Source of the DNA: a virus
Reading direction: 5' to 3' (one strand)
Virus record (IMG/VR): IMGVR_UViG_3300044629_000431
Coordinates: 64,001-128,000 of that record
Length of the DNA: 64,000 nt
Shown here: positions 1 through 9,377 of the stretch, piece after piece
Position numbering within the stretch: the first letter of the stretch is position 1
How the letters are laid out: every line of letters begins with the position of its first letter
Made by a program: the position numbers and the translations under genes
Notes under the pieces: generated by a model
Seen by the model: only the letters and a program-made list of their open reading frames with translations
Database searches by the model: none
What the model was told of the DNA's origin: nothing

Positions 1-102
1 TACTCAAGGTTTCCCATCTGACGATACAGATTCAAACAAAGTAAAAGGTTACCTGTGATGCCAATGACGATTGACCATCCGATAAGTTGCTCAAGTCGTT
101 CT

Positions 103-267
103 TCACTCAGTTTCATATGACTCCTCTTTGACAAGTTCCAGATAATTATAACCAATCAATTGACGCCCTGCGTGGGTGCTGGTATTAACCTTCACACCTT
201 CACTCTCCAGTTTCTCAATGCGACGGTTAGTGGCATTATTCAGTTTGGGTGTCCAAAAGTTACTCAT
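103..267 (-). CDS. small hypothetical protein (54 aa)
   Basis: Manually read ORF MSNFWTPKLN...; AGGAGG ribosome-binding site upstream; overlaps neighbours in an operon. Confidence 0.6.
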   Translation of the reverse strand: MSNFWTPKLNNATNRRIEKLESEGVKVNTSTHAGRQLIGYNYLELVKEESYETE

Positions 268-416
268 AGTTTTCCTCCTGTTTTGTTATATTCTATCATA
301 TATCTGCGGGCAGCGTAAGCCTCAAACTCAGATGGAAATGATGCGATGGTCCTGTTGGTATCAGTCCAGACAAGATACCATCGCTTTGCAAACTGTTTGA
401 TGTAAATGGGTTTCAT
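264..416 (-). CDS. small hypothetical protein (50 aa)
   Basis: Manually read ORF MKPIYIKQF...; ATGA overlaps at both ends. Confidence 0.6.
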   Translation of the reverse strand: MKPIYIKQFAKRWYLVWTDTNRTIASFPSEFEAYAARRYMIEYNKTGGKL

Positions 417-574
417 ACAGAAGCAGTCACGGTGATTTCTTTAACGTTCAACCCACAAAGTTGAGAATAGACACGGTTGCAGATGATTGTAGATGCTTTC
501 TTTGCTCTGGATTTCTCATACCAGACGGTCACACAACCGTCGTAGGTTTCAACTTGAACGCGATACTTGCTCAT
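413..574 (-). CDS. small hypothetical protein (53 aa)
   Basis: Manually read ORF MSKYRVQVETYDGC...; tightly packed. Confidence 0.6.
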   Translation of the reverse strand: MSKYRVQVETYDGCVTVWYEKSRAKKASTIICNRVYSQLCGLNVKEITVTASV

Positions 575-577
575 TGT

Positions 578-739
578 TCAGTCCTCAGGGTAGAGTTTCC
601 AACCATCAGGGCGAATGCCCAGTTCTTCACAACGCACCTCATAAACAATGCGCTTCAGAAGTTGAAGAGGCATTTCATTCTCAATCGTTTTCTGAATGGT
701 GCGGCGGAGTTGGGCGTCTGTGGTGGTGTCGGTGACCAT
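578..739 (-). CDS. small hypothetical early protein (53 aa)
   Basis: Manually read ORF MVTDTTTDAQLRR..., directly downstream of TATAAT (765-770). Confidence 0.65.
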   Translation of the reverse strand: MVTDTTTDAQLRRTIQKTIENEMPLQLLKRIVYEVRCEELGIRPDGWKLYPED

Positions 740-764
740 TGTGGTTTCCCTTGACTACCTTAGT

Positions 765-823
765 ATTATAGGGCACCCAGAGCGGTCTCAAGAGGGTTCT
801 GTGCCACTTGTCCAGCTGGCACA
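765..823 (-). promoter_or_regulatory. early-type promoter with bipartite GTGCCA motif (copy 1)
   Basis: TGTGCCA-N10-TGGCACA at 800-823 and minus-strand TATAAT at 765-770. Confidence 0.7.
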
Positions 824-1638
824 AAGTTGGTCACCAGCACTTCCGCTACATCTAGCGTAGAAGTCCCTCTACCTGCGGTATACTTAGCGGTCATATCGTA
901 AATGTTACATCCAGGAAAATGTTTCTCATAGAAACCATCATGAATGTCTTTGTTGGAGTATGCGAAATGACCATTATGTGAGGTCAGTAGGTTACACAAT
1001 TGAATTTGATGGTCTTCGGTGAACCCACCCTGATACAGAACCACACTGTCCCGATACGGAGGGTCTGCATACACAAAATCTCCATCTTGTAACGGAACGT
1101 TCTCAAATGACTCATTTAGCATCTCACAACGCTGAAATAGTTTTGCCACTTCACGGATGTTAGTTTCATTGAAGAAACCCTCTTTCTGCAGACAAGTTCC
1201 AGGTGGAGTAGAATATCTGTGATTGCATTTGATGTATGCTTTCCACATTCCGTTGAAGTTTACCTGCAGCATAAACAGCAGCAGACCAGAATAGGTAATA
1301 TCATCCTGCTCAGTCATGCAATACTTCTCACGCAGTTCGTAATAGTATTCCTTACGCTCTTCTGGTGTTTTGGTCAACCATACCTGCACACATTCATTCC
1401 AGACGCTGATAACATCATTCGTATTGGTCTTGATGTTGCGATACATCAGAATGAGTTCACTGTTGAAATCATTGATGACCAGTTCTGCATTTGGATAACG
1501 TTCTGCGACCCACAGCAAGTTAGTGAGACCACCACAGAACAGGTCAACATAACGGGTGACTTTTTCGGGGTAAAACAAGTCAGCATATTGCTTTGCCATA
1601 CGCTGTTTGCTGCCTGTCCATTTGAAGAGTGGTTTCAT
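766..1638 (-). CDS. dam: Dam-family (D12 class) N6-adenine DNA methyltransferase
   Basis: KPLFKWTGSK, YVDLFCGG (motif I), INDFN, and catalytic FVYADPPY motif. Confidence 0.9.
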   Translation of the reverse strand: MKPLFKWTGSKQRMAKQYADLFYPEKVTRYVDLFCGGLTNLLWVAERYPNAELVINDFNSELILMYRNIKTNTNDVISVWNECVQVWLTKTPEERKEYYYELREKYCMTEQDDITYSGLLLFMLQVNFNGMWKAYIKCNHRYSTPPGTCLQKEGFFNETNIREVAKLFQRCEMLNESFENVPLQDGDFVYADPPYRDSVVLYQGGFTEDHQIQLCNLLTSHNGHFAYSNKDIHDGFYEKHFPGCNIYDMTAKYTAGRGTSTLDVAEVLVTNFVPAGQVAQNPLETALGAL

Positions 1639-1673
1639 AGTAATAGCAAGATAATTGATCTATTATAGCAGAA

Positions 1674-2534
1674 TTAAATCTTTACATCAACATATCCATC
1701 AGCGACTGCTTGAGTGCAGTTGAGTCGAACAAGTTTCGGATAAAACCTCAAACCAAGTCCATTCAAGTTATTTACGTCAACAATGTTAACGACTTTTTTA
1801 GTTTCTGGGTTAAAGTAAAAAATATTATACCAACCATCAATCTCTTTGTAACGCTTAAGTGCAAACTTACCGATAACATTATTAAATTCTTCTTTATTGG
1901 TATAGCACTCTGCCAGGTCTTCAGCAAGTTGAGTTACATCAACACCAGGATAAAGTTCAGTAAAATAATCAAGATATTGTTTTTGAGGATTTGATACTGA
2001 TGCAACATGTGCAAGAAAATCTTTTTTCAAATATGCACCAGGTTTATTACCATCAAAATATTTGCGATTCAGTTCATCAACCAAACCTTTGTCCGTTATG
2101 CCAGTTTTGATAACTTTAAGACTTGAATTACTTTTTTTAACTTCAGTTTTACCTTTTTTGTGAAGACCATCATTATCGCCATGACTAAAAGAATAATCCT
2201 TAAGAATAAAGGCAAGAGCATACTCACCAATACCAATAGATCTTGTAGTAATATTAACTATAACTTCAAACAAATGGGGAAAAATAGGATCATTTTTCAA
2301 ATTATCCGAAATGATATCGTTAATATCTTTACGGAAATTCTCATCAAAAATAGAAATATCAGTCAAATTTGAATCATCTTCCATCAGAGTAAGAGTGTTC
2401 TCTGGATCACCACCAAATTCTTCCTTGAAGAGCATCATAAATGCCAAAATAGTTTCTGGCAGTTCTTTACTATCAATACCCTTCTTCTTACAGAGAGCAC
2501 AAATTCTTGCACGAAGTTCTTGAACAGTAGTCAT
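1674..2534 (-). CDS. putative PD-(D/E)xK nuclease-like protein
   Basis: Start moved to MTTVQELR (2534), downstream of the promoter; GIGE ... DNDG-x5-TEVK resembles a PD-(D/E)xK core; AT-rich; directly upstream of dam. Confidence 0.4.
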   Translation of the reverse strand: MTTVQELRARICALCKKKGIDSKELPETILAFMMLFKEEFGGDPENTLTLMEDDSNLTDISIFDENFRKDINDIISDNLKNDPIFPHLFEVIVNITTRSIGIGEYALAFILKDYSFSHGDNDGLHKKGKTEVKKSNSSLKVIKTGITDKGLVDELNRKYFDGNKPGAYLKKDFLAHVASVSNPQKQYLDYFTELYPGVDVTQLAEDLAECYTNKEEFNNVIGKFALKRYKEIDGWYNIFYFNPETKKVVNIVDVNNLNGLGLRFYPKLVRLNCTQAVADGYVDVKI

Positions 2535-2556
2535 GGTAATTTTTGAGTATCTCAAT

Positions 2557-2615
2557 ATTATACACCAACCATCAGGCGGTTGGGGAAGAACTGTGCCACT
2601 TGATGATCCGTCCAC
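2557..2615 (-). promoter_or_regulatory. early-type promoter with GTGCCA motif (copy 2)
   Basis: GTGCCACTT at 2593; TATAAT at 2557-2562. Confidence 0.65.
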
Positions 2616-3034
2616 CCATTCTTCTCAAACAGGTACTCAAGATATAGGGTTTCTTCTTGCTCTCGTGCCTCAATTTCGTGTGGTTGATGCCAATAGTCGT
2701 AATTTTCGACGGGTTCTTTACCATAATACATTTTTCCACGCTTGGACCGCAGCGAACCCACTACCCACTGCCGCAGATGGACCAGTTCGTGCAAAAGAGT
2801 TTTTATATACAACTCCTCCTCCATATGGGTCTGAAGTTCAATAAGAAACTCACGGGGACGATAGGATTCACCCACATAGTCACAGTAACCATAAACTTCC
2901 TCACGTTTCAGACCACGATGAAGAATCTCTACCTCAATTTTATGACGGGGCAGAAACTTATTCAGAAACCAAGTGGTAACGTCCTCACAGAGGAGTTTAG
3001 AATAACCGTATCCAGAATACGTGATGTAAGACAT
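2558..3034 (-). CDS. HExxH zinc-metallopeptidase-like protein
   Basis: TLLHELVHLRQW motif plus downstream PHEIEA glutamate. Confidence 0.7.
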   Translation of the reverse strand: MSYITYSGYGYSKLLCEDVTTWFLNKFLPRHKIEVEILHRGLKREEVYGYCDYVGESYRPREFLIELQTHMEEELYIKTLLHELVHLRQWVVGSLRSKRGKMYYGKEPVENYDYWHQPHEIEAREQEETLYLEYLFEKNGWTDHQVAQFFPNRLMVGV

Positions 3035-3168
3035 TGACCCCAGTGCAAAAACCAAACGAAGGATGAAACAAAAAGAAGTTTTTCTTTAGCAGTCATCGGG
3101 TGTTTCAATTAATTTTCCAACGATTACTGCAACAGGAATAGAAAGTAAAATCCATAAAAGTATCCAAG

Positions 3169-3426
3169 TCATCGGGCAATAATATCCAGAGACTCCAGCA
3201 GCATCATAGCAAGTTCCACTTGGTTGTCCTCATCAACCACAGGAATGTTGGCATCCACAAATTCACTTGCCAGTTCGTGAAGCAACTCACACATTCTCTC
3301 ATCAGCGTGTGCAAAGGTAGCAAACTCACTCTTGAAACCGTTGCACAGAAGGCGCAGAGACTTGGTGACAGTCAGTTCGTTGATTTCTTTAGCAGCGTCA
3401 AACATTTGAGGAGTGGTGTTGAACAT
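3169..3426 (-). CDS. hypothetical protein
   Basis: Start moved to MFNTTPQ, just after TATAAT 3433-3438. Confidence 0.65.
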   Translation of the reverse strand: MFNTTPQMFDAAKEINELTVTKSLRLLCNGFKSEFATFAHADERMCELLHELASEFVDANIPVVDEDNQVELAMMLLESLDIIAR

Positions 3427-3432
3427 GATGTT

Positions 3433-3490
3433 ATTATAGGGCATCTGGGGTGCCGTGAAGCACCCACTGTGCCAGTTTTCCAAGTGGTCA
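3433..3490 (-). promoter_or_regulatory. early-type promoter with GTGCCA motif (copy 3)
   Basis: GTGCCAGTT at 3469; TATAAT at 3433-3438. Confidence 0.65.
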
Positions 3491-3928
3491 GCGAGCATAC
3501 AAATAAGAACCTGCCCAGTCAGCATGTTGAAGCAACCATTCACGCTGCTCGATGATACGAAGGTCGAATCGAACACCTTTGGCAGGTGCTTTCCAACTAG
3601 CAGACTTATACACTTGACCAGTCTTCTTATCTACAAAAGCGTGGACAGAACGCGAACCATTCGCATTCATAATGATCTTGTGATACTTACGACCAGTCTC
3701 AGGAAAAAAGTCATAATCACAAGTGCCCTGCTTCAGTTTATCAATTTGCTTCTGGTGATACTCATGAGTATCAGCGTCATCAATAAACTTTTGATGAGAC
3801 TTGATGCTGTAATCAATGTAGTTCTGCCGCAGTGCCTCACAGAGAGCATAGGTATGCCCCAGAACAGCAGCAGCAATGTCTTTCCGTGCCTCAGCAGCAG
3901 CGGCGTAGTCAGCGAAGGTGGTGGTCAT
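3488..3928 (-). CDS. conserved-looking phage hypothetical protein
   Basis: SVHAFVDKKTGQVYKSASWKAPAK motif typical of T4-like phage early proteins; start MTTTFAD. Confidence 0.7.
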   Translation of the reverse strand: MTTTFADYAAAAEARKDIAAAVLGHTYALCEALRQNYIDYSIKSHQKFIDDADTHEYHQKQIDKLKQGTCDYDFFPETGRKYHKIIMNANGSRSVHAFVDKKTGQVYKSASWKAPAKGVRFDLRIIEQREWLLQHADWAGSYLYAR

Positions 3929-3949
3929 TGCTTGGTTGCGTATGAACGT

Positions 3950-4008
3950 ATTATAGCGGCACCTAGGCACCGCTGAGGGGGTCAGTATGCCAGTTCAGGA
4001 TCTGGCAC
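3950..4008 (-). promoter_or_regulatory. early-type promoter with GTGCCA-like motif (copy 4)
   Basis: ATGCCAGTT at 3987 and CTGGCAC at 4002; TATAAT at 3950-3955. Confidence 0.6.
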
Positions 4009-4147
4009 CCAGTAGTCGTCTTCTCCTAAGTATCCCATCCAATCTTGGGGGTCAGAATCATACATTGCGATTTCACGCAGTTCATCCATCAGTTCAGACA
4101 GGTCCATAATGATCCTCAACTACTTGGGTATTATAGCAGAAAGCGGA

Positions 4148-4561
4148 CTAAACCGCCAGTGCTCCAGAAGGAATCTCTACAACTTCAGGCAGTTTGCTAT
4201 CATCAAACTGGTGCATATTGTAGCAGACCCATTCACCACTACGGAAGACATATGCAAACTCTTCGCTGTTGTCGGGCAGAAGATATTCACACAGGTCAGC
4301 ATCAAGGCGAGGAGGAGTATCTTCGCCACGATAAGAGTAGTAGTTAGCACCATATTGGGTTTTCTGATCGGACCCAAACACTTCATCAGTCCAGGCACAG
4401 GACATATCACCACCGTCAATCAGTTCGGCAGCAAGTTCTTTGCTATTGTAGTGCGTCTTCAGGATGCGACCCAACCAAGCTTCATAACCATCCCAGTGGT
4501 GATAGGCAGACAGGATAGAACCATCAGCAAGTTCAAGACCGATGCGAGCGCGAGTTGCCAT
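4148..4561 (-). CDS. conserved-looking phage hypothetical protein
   Basis: MATRARIG...YHHWDGY motif. Confidence 0.7.
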   Translation of the reverse strand: MATRARIGLELADGSILSAYHHWDGYEAWLGRILKTHYNSKELAAELIDGGDMSCAWTDEVFGSDQKTQYGANYYSYRGEDTPPRLDADLCEYLLPDNSEEFAYVFRSGEWVCYNMHQFDDSKLPEVVEIPSGALAV

Positions 4562-4587
4562 TGGGGGCGTTTGTTGATTACCCATAT

Positions 4588-4647
4588 ATTATAAGGGGTC
4601 TCCCAGCGAACCAGGAGACCCCTTGTGCCAGTTTTTCAACTGTCCTC
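4588..4647 (-). promoter_or_regulatory. early-type promoter with GTGCCA motif (copy 5), overlapping a hairpin
   Basis: GTGCCAGTT at 4625; TATAAT at 4588-4593; inverted repeat AAGGGGTCTCC/GGAGACCCCTT at 4593-4624. Confidence 0.65.
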
Positions 4648-4858
4648 AGTCATCATAAACTCTACACTCTAATGCATCAGGATTGGCATCACAATAAAGC
4701 TCCAATGGCGTAGGGTCATGGTCATCATCAGGATGTTTTGCTTTGTATGCTTCTAGTGCCTCAAGTTCCTCTTCAGTATGTCTCCGTGCCTGAGGTGATG
4801 TTTGTGGATCATTCAGAATACTAATATCTTTCTGAATATGTTGATCGATATTGTCCAT
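4646..4858 (-). CDS. cp12: CP12 Calvin-cycle inhibitor
   Basis: C-terminal PLELYCDANPDALECRVYDD CP12 signature; ATAAATA late promoter upstream (~4879). Confidence 0.9.
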   Translation of the reverse strand: MDNIDQHIQKDISILNDPQTSPQARRHTEEELEALEAYKAKHPDDDHDPTPLELYCDANPDALECRVYDD

Positions 4859-4888
4859 AGTTTTGTATCTTGTTGATATATTTATTTT

Positions 4889-5095
4889 TTATTCGCTTAA
4901 AGAAGAACCTCTCCAGTTCTTAGGAGGGGGAGGATCACACTTACCTTCAAGTGAGCGAACCATTAGTTCGGTGAACTTTTCCATTTTTTCCGCAGAAACT
5001 GTTTGTGGAGCATATGTAATTGCGTCTTTAAGTGCCACAAGTTCATCCCATTCTTCTTTTGTAAGAACTTCTGTGCCAGTTTTTGCGAGAGTCAT
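4889..5095 (-). CDS. hypothetical protein
   Basis: ORF track; fits operon packing. Confidence 0.65.
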   Translation of the reverse strand: MTLAKTGTEVLTKEEWDELVALKDAITYAPQTVSAEKMEKFTELMVRSLEGKCDPPPPKNWRGSSLSE

Positions 5096-5179
5096 AAGTT
5101 TCTTGCGGTGTTTCTCAATATTAGCATTTCAATACAATACTATCTAGAAACTTAATGTTTTCTTTGGGATCAAGTCATA

Positions 5180-5530
5180 TTACTTAATGAAATTGTCAAG
5201 TCTATCAAGATCGTTTAGTAGTTCTTTTTCTTTCTTTTTATCGTGATAATAAGACCACAAGGCATTATGAACATCCATAAGTTCAGTCACCCAGAAACCA
5301 GTAGGATAAACTCCTAGTGCATCTTGAAGACCACGATGACTCGTTCCTTCACTTTCCGCCTTACACATAATATAGCATATTGCTTGGAGCATATCAAGTT
5401 TATCAGACTCGGAAAGCATAAAATACTTTCCCACTGCCCTTTCTAGACTTTCTTGGTGAGACTTCTGCATTTCTTTGAATGAATCAGAGTTCCACCAGTC
5501 TTCAAATGCGTTTTTTCTTTCTTCAGTCAT
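5180..5530 (-). CDS. hypothetical protein
   Basis: ORF; likely start MTEERKN. Confidence 0.65.
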   Translation of the reverse strand: MTEERKNAFEDWWNSDSFKEMQKSHQESLERAVGKYFMLSESDKLDMLQAICYIMCKAESEGTSHRGLQDALGVYPTGFWVTELMDVHNALWSYYHDKKKEKELLNDLDRLDNFIK

Positions 5531-5753
5531 CTTTTCCAAAGATAGTTCCAAAAAAACCAGAGTCACCTGGTTTACGGTTTTCCAGTTTATCTAGCAAACT
5601 ATCAGTTGTTTGCAATGACTCAATTCGGGTAATAAGGTCTGCTATTACTGAACAAACCATCGGGCGTTCTTGACGTGCTGCATATGCTAGTGCATTACGC
5701 AGTGCTCCTTCTGCTTCTTTCAGCGATTCTTCAACAGATTGTGATAGTGCCAT
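5523..5753 (-). CDS. hypothetical protein
   Basis: ORF track; overlapping packing. Confidence 0.7.
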   Translation of the reverse strand: MALSQSVEESLKEAEGALRNALAYAARQERPMVCSVIADLITRIESLQTTDSLLDKLENRKPGDSGFFGTIFGKDD

Positions 5754-5947
5754 TAAAATTCACTCCGTCGTCTTGGTGTAAAAGGTTTATCATTCCATTT
5801 GCAATAATCTGGAAGTTCTGATTTTTGATCCTCAAAGTATTGGCAAAGTTGAGCAACATCTGGGGGATATTTTGGTCTCATATATTCACTTTTAATATTA
5901 TCAATATGGCAAAAAAGATTGTATCCACATATAAGAGCACCAATCAT
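5753..5947 (-). CDS. hypothetical protein
   Basis: ORF track; 1-nt overlaps with neighbours. Confidence 0.6.
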   Translation of the reverse strand: MIGALICGYNLFCHIDNIKSEYMRPKYPPDVAQLCQYFEDQKSELPDYCKWNDKPFTPRRRSEF

Positions 5948-6678
5948 TAGAATCTATACCTTTCAACGTGTTTTTTCAAAAGATAAGATCCATCACCCTG
6001 ATCTACCCATTCAATAACATCATTTTCCTTCAAATTTGCTGCTTCTAGCAGATCATCAGGGAATGTTATACAGTATTCATCTTTATCAGTGTCTTCATCT
6101 CTGACTTCTTCAACGGGCAGAACCCACGTCTTTTTCTTTTCTGGAGGAATCCAAAAACCATCATCAGTCATCGTCCAACCAGCGGCAATTGCCTCACTGT
6201 ATGATAGAGTTTTACCTTTTTCCTCATCAATAGGACCTGACTTTTTATTTTGTTTTGCTTCATATTCATCAACAATTTTTTGGTAGTATTGTTGAGTCCA
6301 ACCATCATTCCAAGCAGAGTTTGCTTCAATCTTTGCTTTTGTATACTCCAGACTACTTACTGTTGAACCAGTATGTTGTTCTGGAAGAGGACACTCAAAG
6401 TCATCATAACCCTCATAATACTTCTTTTCTGCAATTGCTGCTTCAAAAAGTTCTTTATCTTTTACAGGACGATGACCACTCAACAGTTCCAAAAGTCCAG
6501 AAGCACGACTCAAACGATCCTTATGATAATAATAATCTTCACGAACTACTTCACGAATCGCAGAATAGATTTCATGCGGTGAAGCATCCCCGTCTATTGC
6601 ATCATGAACCCATTCTTGCAACTTTTCGAGTGAATAGTCTTTATAATCAAAGTTAGCATTATTTGGATTGGAGGTCAT
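5947..6678 (-). CDS. hypothetical protein with C-terminal AbrB/MazE-like domain
   Basis: YCITFPDDLLEAANLKENDVIEWVDQGDGSYLLKK fits the swapped-hairpin pattern. Confidence 0.6.
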   Translation of the reverse strand: MTSNPNNANFDYKDYSLEKLQEWVHDAIDGDASPHEIYSAIREVVREDYYYHKDRLSRASGLLELLSGHRPVKDKELFEAAIAEKKYYEGYDDFECPLPEQHTGSTVSSLEYTKAKIEANSAWNDGWTQQYYQKIVDEYEAKQNKKSGPIDEEKGKTLSYSEAIAAGWTMTDDGFWIPPEKKKTWVLPVEEVRDEDTDKDEYCITFPDDLLEAANLKENDVIEWVDQGDGSYLLKKHVERYRF

Positions 6679-6829
6679 TGATGTAGTCTTTGATTGCTTG
6701 TTCCATAATAACCTGGATTTCTTTGCTTGTCAACCCATTTAACCATTTCCAATTTGGGTCTTGTGGGTCCCAATCCATTGAGAAAGACCCATCTTCATTT
6801 TGTGTTATCTTAAGACTATCAACATTCAT
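6659..6829 (-). CDS. small hypothetical protein (56 aa)
   Basis: Manually read ORF MNVDSLKITQNEDGSF... Confidence 0.6.
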   Translation of the reverse strand: MNVDSLKITQNEDGSFSMDWDPQDPNWKWLNGLTSKEIQVIMEQAIKDYINDLQSK

Positions 6830-7004
6830 CGCAGTCAGTGTCCTTGTGTTTCTTACGAATCTTTTTAAGTTGTTTCAGTTCTTCCTTGATCATTTTATAT
6901 GCTTCATCGCTACCAATTTTATCACCCATCTCAAGAGCAATAATAATATCTACTCGGGTTCCAAAATGTGCGAGTGCTTTTTCAAAGCAGTCTAAGTCAT
7001 ACAT
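6819..7004 (-). CDS. hypothetical protein
   Basis: ORF; likely start MYDLDCF. Confidence 0.65.
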   Translation of the reverse strand: MYDLDCFEKALAHFGTRVDIIIALEMGDKIGSDEAYKMIKEELKQLKKIRKKHKDTDCDEC

Positions 7005-7233
7005 CTTGTTCAGACCAAAAACGTTCGGCAAGAATATCTATGCGAGCGTCCAAAGAATTTTCCACACGATAGAGTTCATTTGTCGTTTCAACGTTCTCTT
7101 CTTCCAGACGCTTTACATCAAGAAGAAGAGCGTTATACTTTTCTTCAAGAGCAGAAAGTCTTTCATACAGTTCATCCATAGGAGTCTCTTGTTTCAGACC
7201 CCACTTTCTATGAAACCAATACTGTTCACTCAT
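6997..7233 (-). CDS. hypothetical coiled-coil protein
   Basis: ORF track; heptad pattern. Confidence 0.6.
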   Translation of the reverse strand: MSEQYWFHRKWGLKQETPMDELYERLSALEEKYNALLLDVKRLEEENVETTNELYRVENSLDARIDILAERFWSEQDV

Positions 7234-7380
7234 AATACACCAACCTCTTTCAAATAGTTTCTATACCTCATAAAACGATTCCAGTTTGGTTGTCCTGGAA
7301 CATTTAACTGATAACATATTTCACAATAACACAACCACTCATACCAAGGAGTGGTAGGATCTAATACGTGATATGGATAA

Positions 7381-7587
7381 TCAGAGTTTTCCACCTACTT
7401 CAGACTCATAAGTTTTGGATTCAGCGAAACCTTCCTGCCGTCCTTTAAGATAAAAATGTGTCGCTGAGATACACTGCTGTTCAGTGAGAGACGTGATAAG
7501 TCCGTTGCCATCCTTATCAGTGGAATACCAGAGTCCATACTTTTTTTGCTCAACGTAGAAAACATCATCAATTAGTTTCTTTTCCAT
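7381..7587 (-). CDS. hypothetical protein
   Basis: ORF track. Confidence 0.65.
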   Translation of the reverse strand: MEKKLIDDVFYVEQKKYGLWYSTDKDGNGLITSLTEQQCISATHFYLKGRQEGFAESKTYESEVGGKL

Positions 7588-8058
7588 GCTTTATCTCAGG
7601 ATGAGGAGCGTAAAGAGGACCATCATAGTCCTTATGAATTTCTTTGAGTGCTTTAATCACTTCAGGAGTTTCTTCCCAACTCCATTCGTTTCCATTTTTA
7701 TCAGTAAAGGTGCGTGCTGTCATTTCACTCCTCAAATTTGTAACTTAGTTTGATGTCTTTCTTTTTTAGTTTGTAGCGATCAATGTGCTTTTGGCGGTTG
7801 TGTTCACTATCGAAGTAACACTTACGAGTTTCATTTCCATCTTTGTAAACCAACTTCCAGGGAAACTGGTCAAAAGGAAATTCTTCGGTGTAGTCCATCA
7901 GGTAGGTTGTTCAACACGTTGAGTATACACGGAATCAAACAGTTCGTCAAGTATCTCACCACACTCGTGATACTCTTTGCTATCAAGGATGGTTTTCTCA
8001 AACTGATAGCGACGCACAGCAGTAAAGATGAGTTTATATTGTTCAGAGGTAAAGTTCA

Positions 8059-8535
8059 TCACATTTCTCCAAGTGTATGAATGACTGGTTTTTCGTGTGC
8101 TAGGATGCGGTAAAGGTCTTCATTCTGTGCTGCTGATATGGGAATGAACTCCGTCTTATCATCAAACTCATCATCACGAATTGCTTGGTTAATTACAATA
8201 GATCCTTCTTCTCCTGACCAAGAACGATGGTATGTTCTCTGAGGAATGACCAGAGCACCAGAGCTACGATTAAGATGAACGATGTGATAAGGATACCTCC
8301 ATTCAGGATTTACAAGTTCAAATGTACGAATGCCAGACAGAACACGATTGTGGTCAATCTGATGGTAATGAATGTAAAACTGCTTTGCTCCTACAATATC
8401 ATCAGGAGGAGAGATAGCAGGTCCTTCATGAACTACAAGGTCGGATGCGTTAGAACCTTCTACTGAAATATCGTAGAAGATGACTGACTGGGTTTCACGG
8501 AATACTCTATGCTTCTTAAAAGTTACTTCGCTCAT
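8059..8535 (-). CDS. RmlC-like cupin-fold protein
   Basis: FYIHYHQIDHNRV ... LVIPQRTYHRS cupin-like His motifs. Confidence 0.6.
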   Translation of the reverse strand: MSEVTFKKHRVFRETQSVIFYDISVEGSNASDLVVHEGPAISPPDDIVGAKQFYIHYHQIDHNRVLSGIRTFELVNPEWRYPYHIVHLNRSSGALVIPQRTYHRSWSGEEGSIVINQAIRDDEFDDKTEFIPISAAQNEDLYRILAHEKPVIHTLGEM

Positions 8536-8729
8536 TAGTCGTAGGTGTTTTGCTCCTGATTCAATCTATCTATGTGATGATAAATGGTTGCTTGTGAATA
8601 CTGAAATTCTTTAAACCTTTGAGGTTTATTCTTCTGCATCTTGGTCAGCATATTGATCCATTGATAGCGACTATCCACTACCCAACCATAACGACGCTCA
8701 TCATGCATCAAATCAAAAATTGAGATCAT
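8535..8729 (-). CDS. hypothetical protein
   Basis: ORF track. Confidence 0.6.
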   Translation of the reverse strand: MISIFDLMHDERRYGWVVDSRYQWINMLTKMQKNKPQRFKEFQYSQATIYHHIDRLNQEQNTYD

Positions 8730-8917
8730 TTGAACCCCTTGCTTTTCTTTTTGTCCAAAACCTCAATATGACTCAAAAAGTGTCCGCCATTTTGAAACCA
8801 AGTGAGTTGAACATCTTCATAGTTATCGAAGATAATCTCTTTACCATCTTCAAAAACAACCTTATAATCATGACGATCATAAGGTTTATCACAAGTTTGT
8901 TTAAACGTTTGAGTCAT
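8726..8917 (-). CDS. hypothetical protein
   Basis: ORF track; ATGA overlaps. Confidence 0.65.
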   Translation of the reverse strand: MTQTFKQTCDKPYDRHDYKVVFEDGKEIIFDNYEDVQLTWFQNGGHFLSHIEVLDKKKSKGFK

Positions 8918-9120
8918 TTTAGGTATTGTGGTTTTTCTGTGTCAAACTGTGTCCACCTTGCTATTTTAAGGCACATCAGCAAAGTTTGGTGTTCACGGTT
9001 ATACAGTTCCCAATCTTGTTTGAGTTTCGCAGCATATCTACGACGATAGGCACAAGACCAAACATTAAAAAAGATTTTATCCTTTTCACTCAAGGACATA
9101 TCTGTTCTCCGTATACCCAA
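8914..9120 (-). CDS. hypothetical protein
   Basis: ORF track; start uncertain. Confidence 0.55.
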   Translation of the reverse strand: MGIRRTDMSLSEKDKIFFNVWSCAYRRRYAAKLKQDWELYNREHQTLLMCLKIARWTQFDTEKPQYLK

Positions 9121-9377
9121 CCAGTATCAGTTTTAATAAGTTCCCAATAAGAATCCCCATCAAGTCTCCTGAAGAGATAACGTGTCCCATCCTCACGCTC
9201 ACACATAAAATCACACTTGTGGGGAGAATACAAGCGAACCTCAAGTACTTTGTCGTTTTTGTTGTGCATAGGTAATTACATACTTTTTGTGTTCGGTATG
9301 AAGGTCAGAACAAATATAGTGTTCCAACTTTCCACCAAGTTCTTCTGCGATTTTTTCTAATTGTTTTTCAATTTCAG

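Noticed and set aside
5073-5081. Extra GTGCCAGTT match
   Set aside because: It is inside a CDS, with no TATAAT at the expected spacing and no second half-site.
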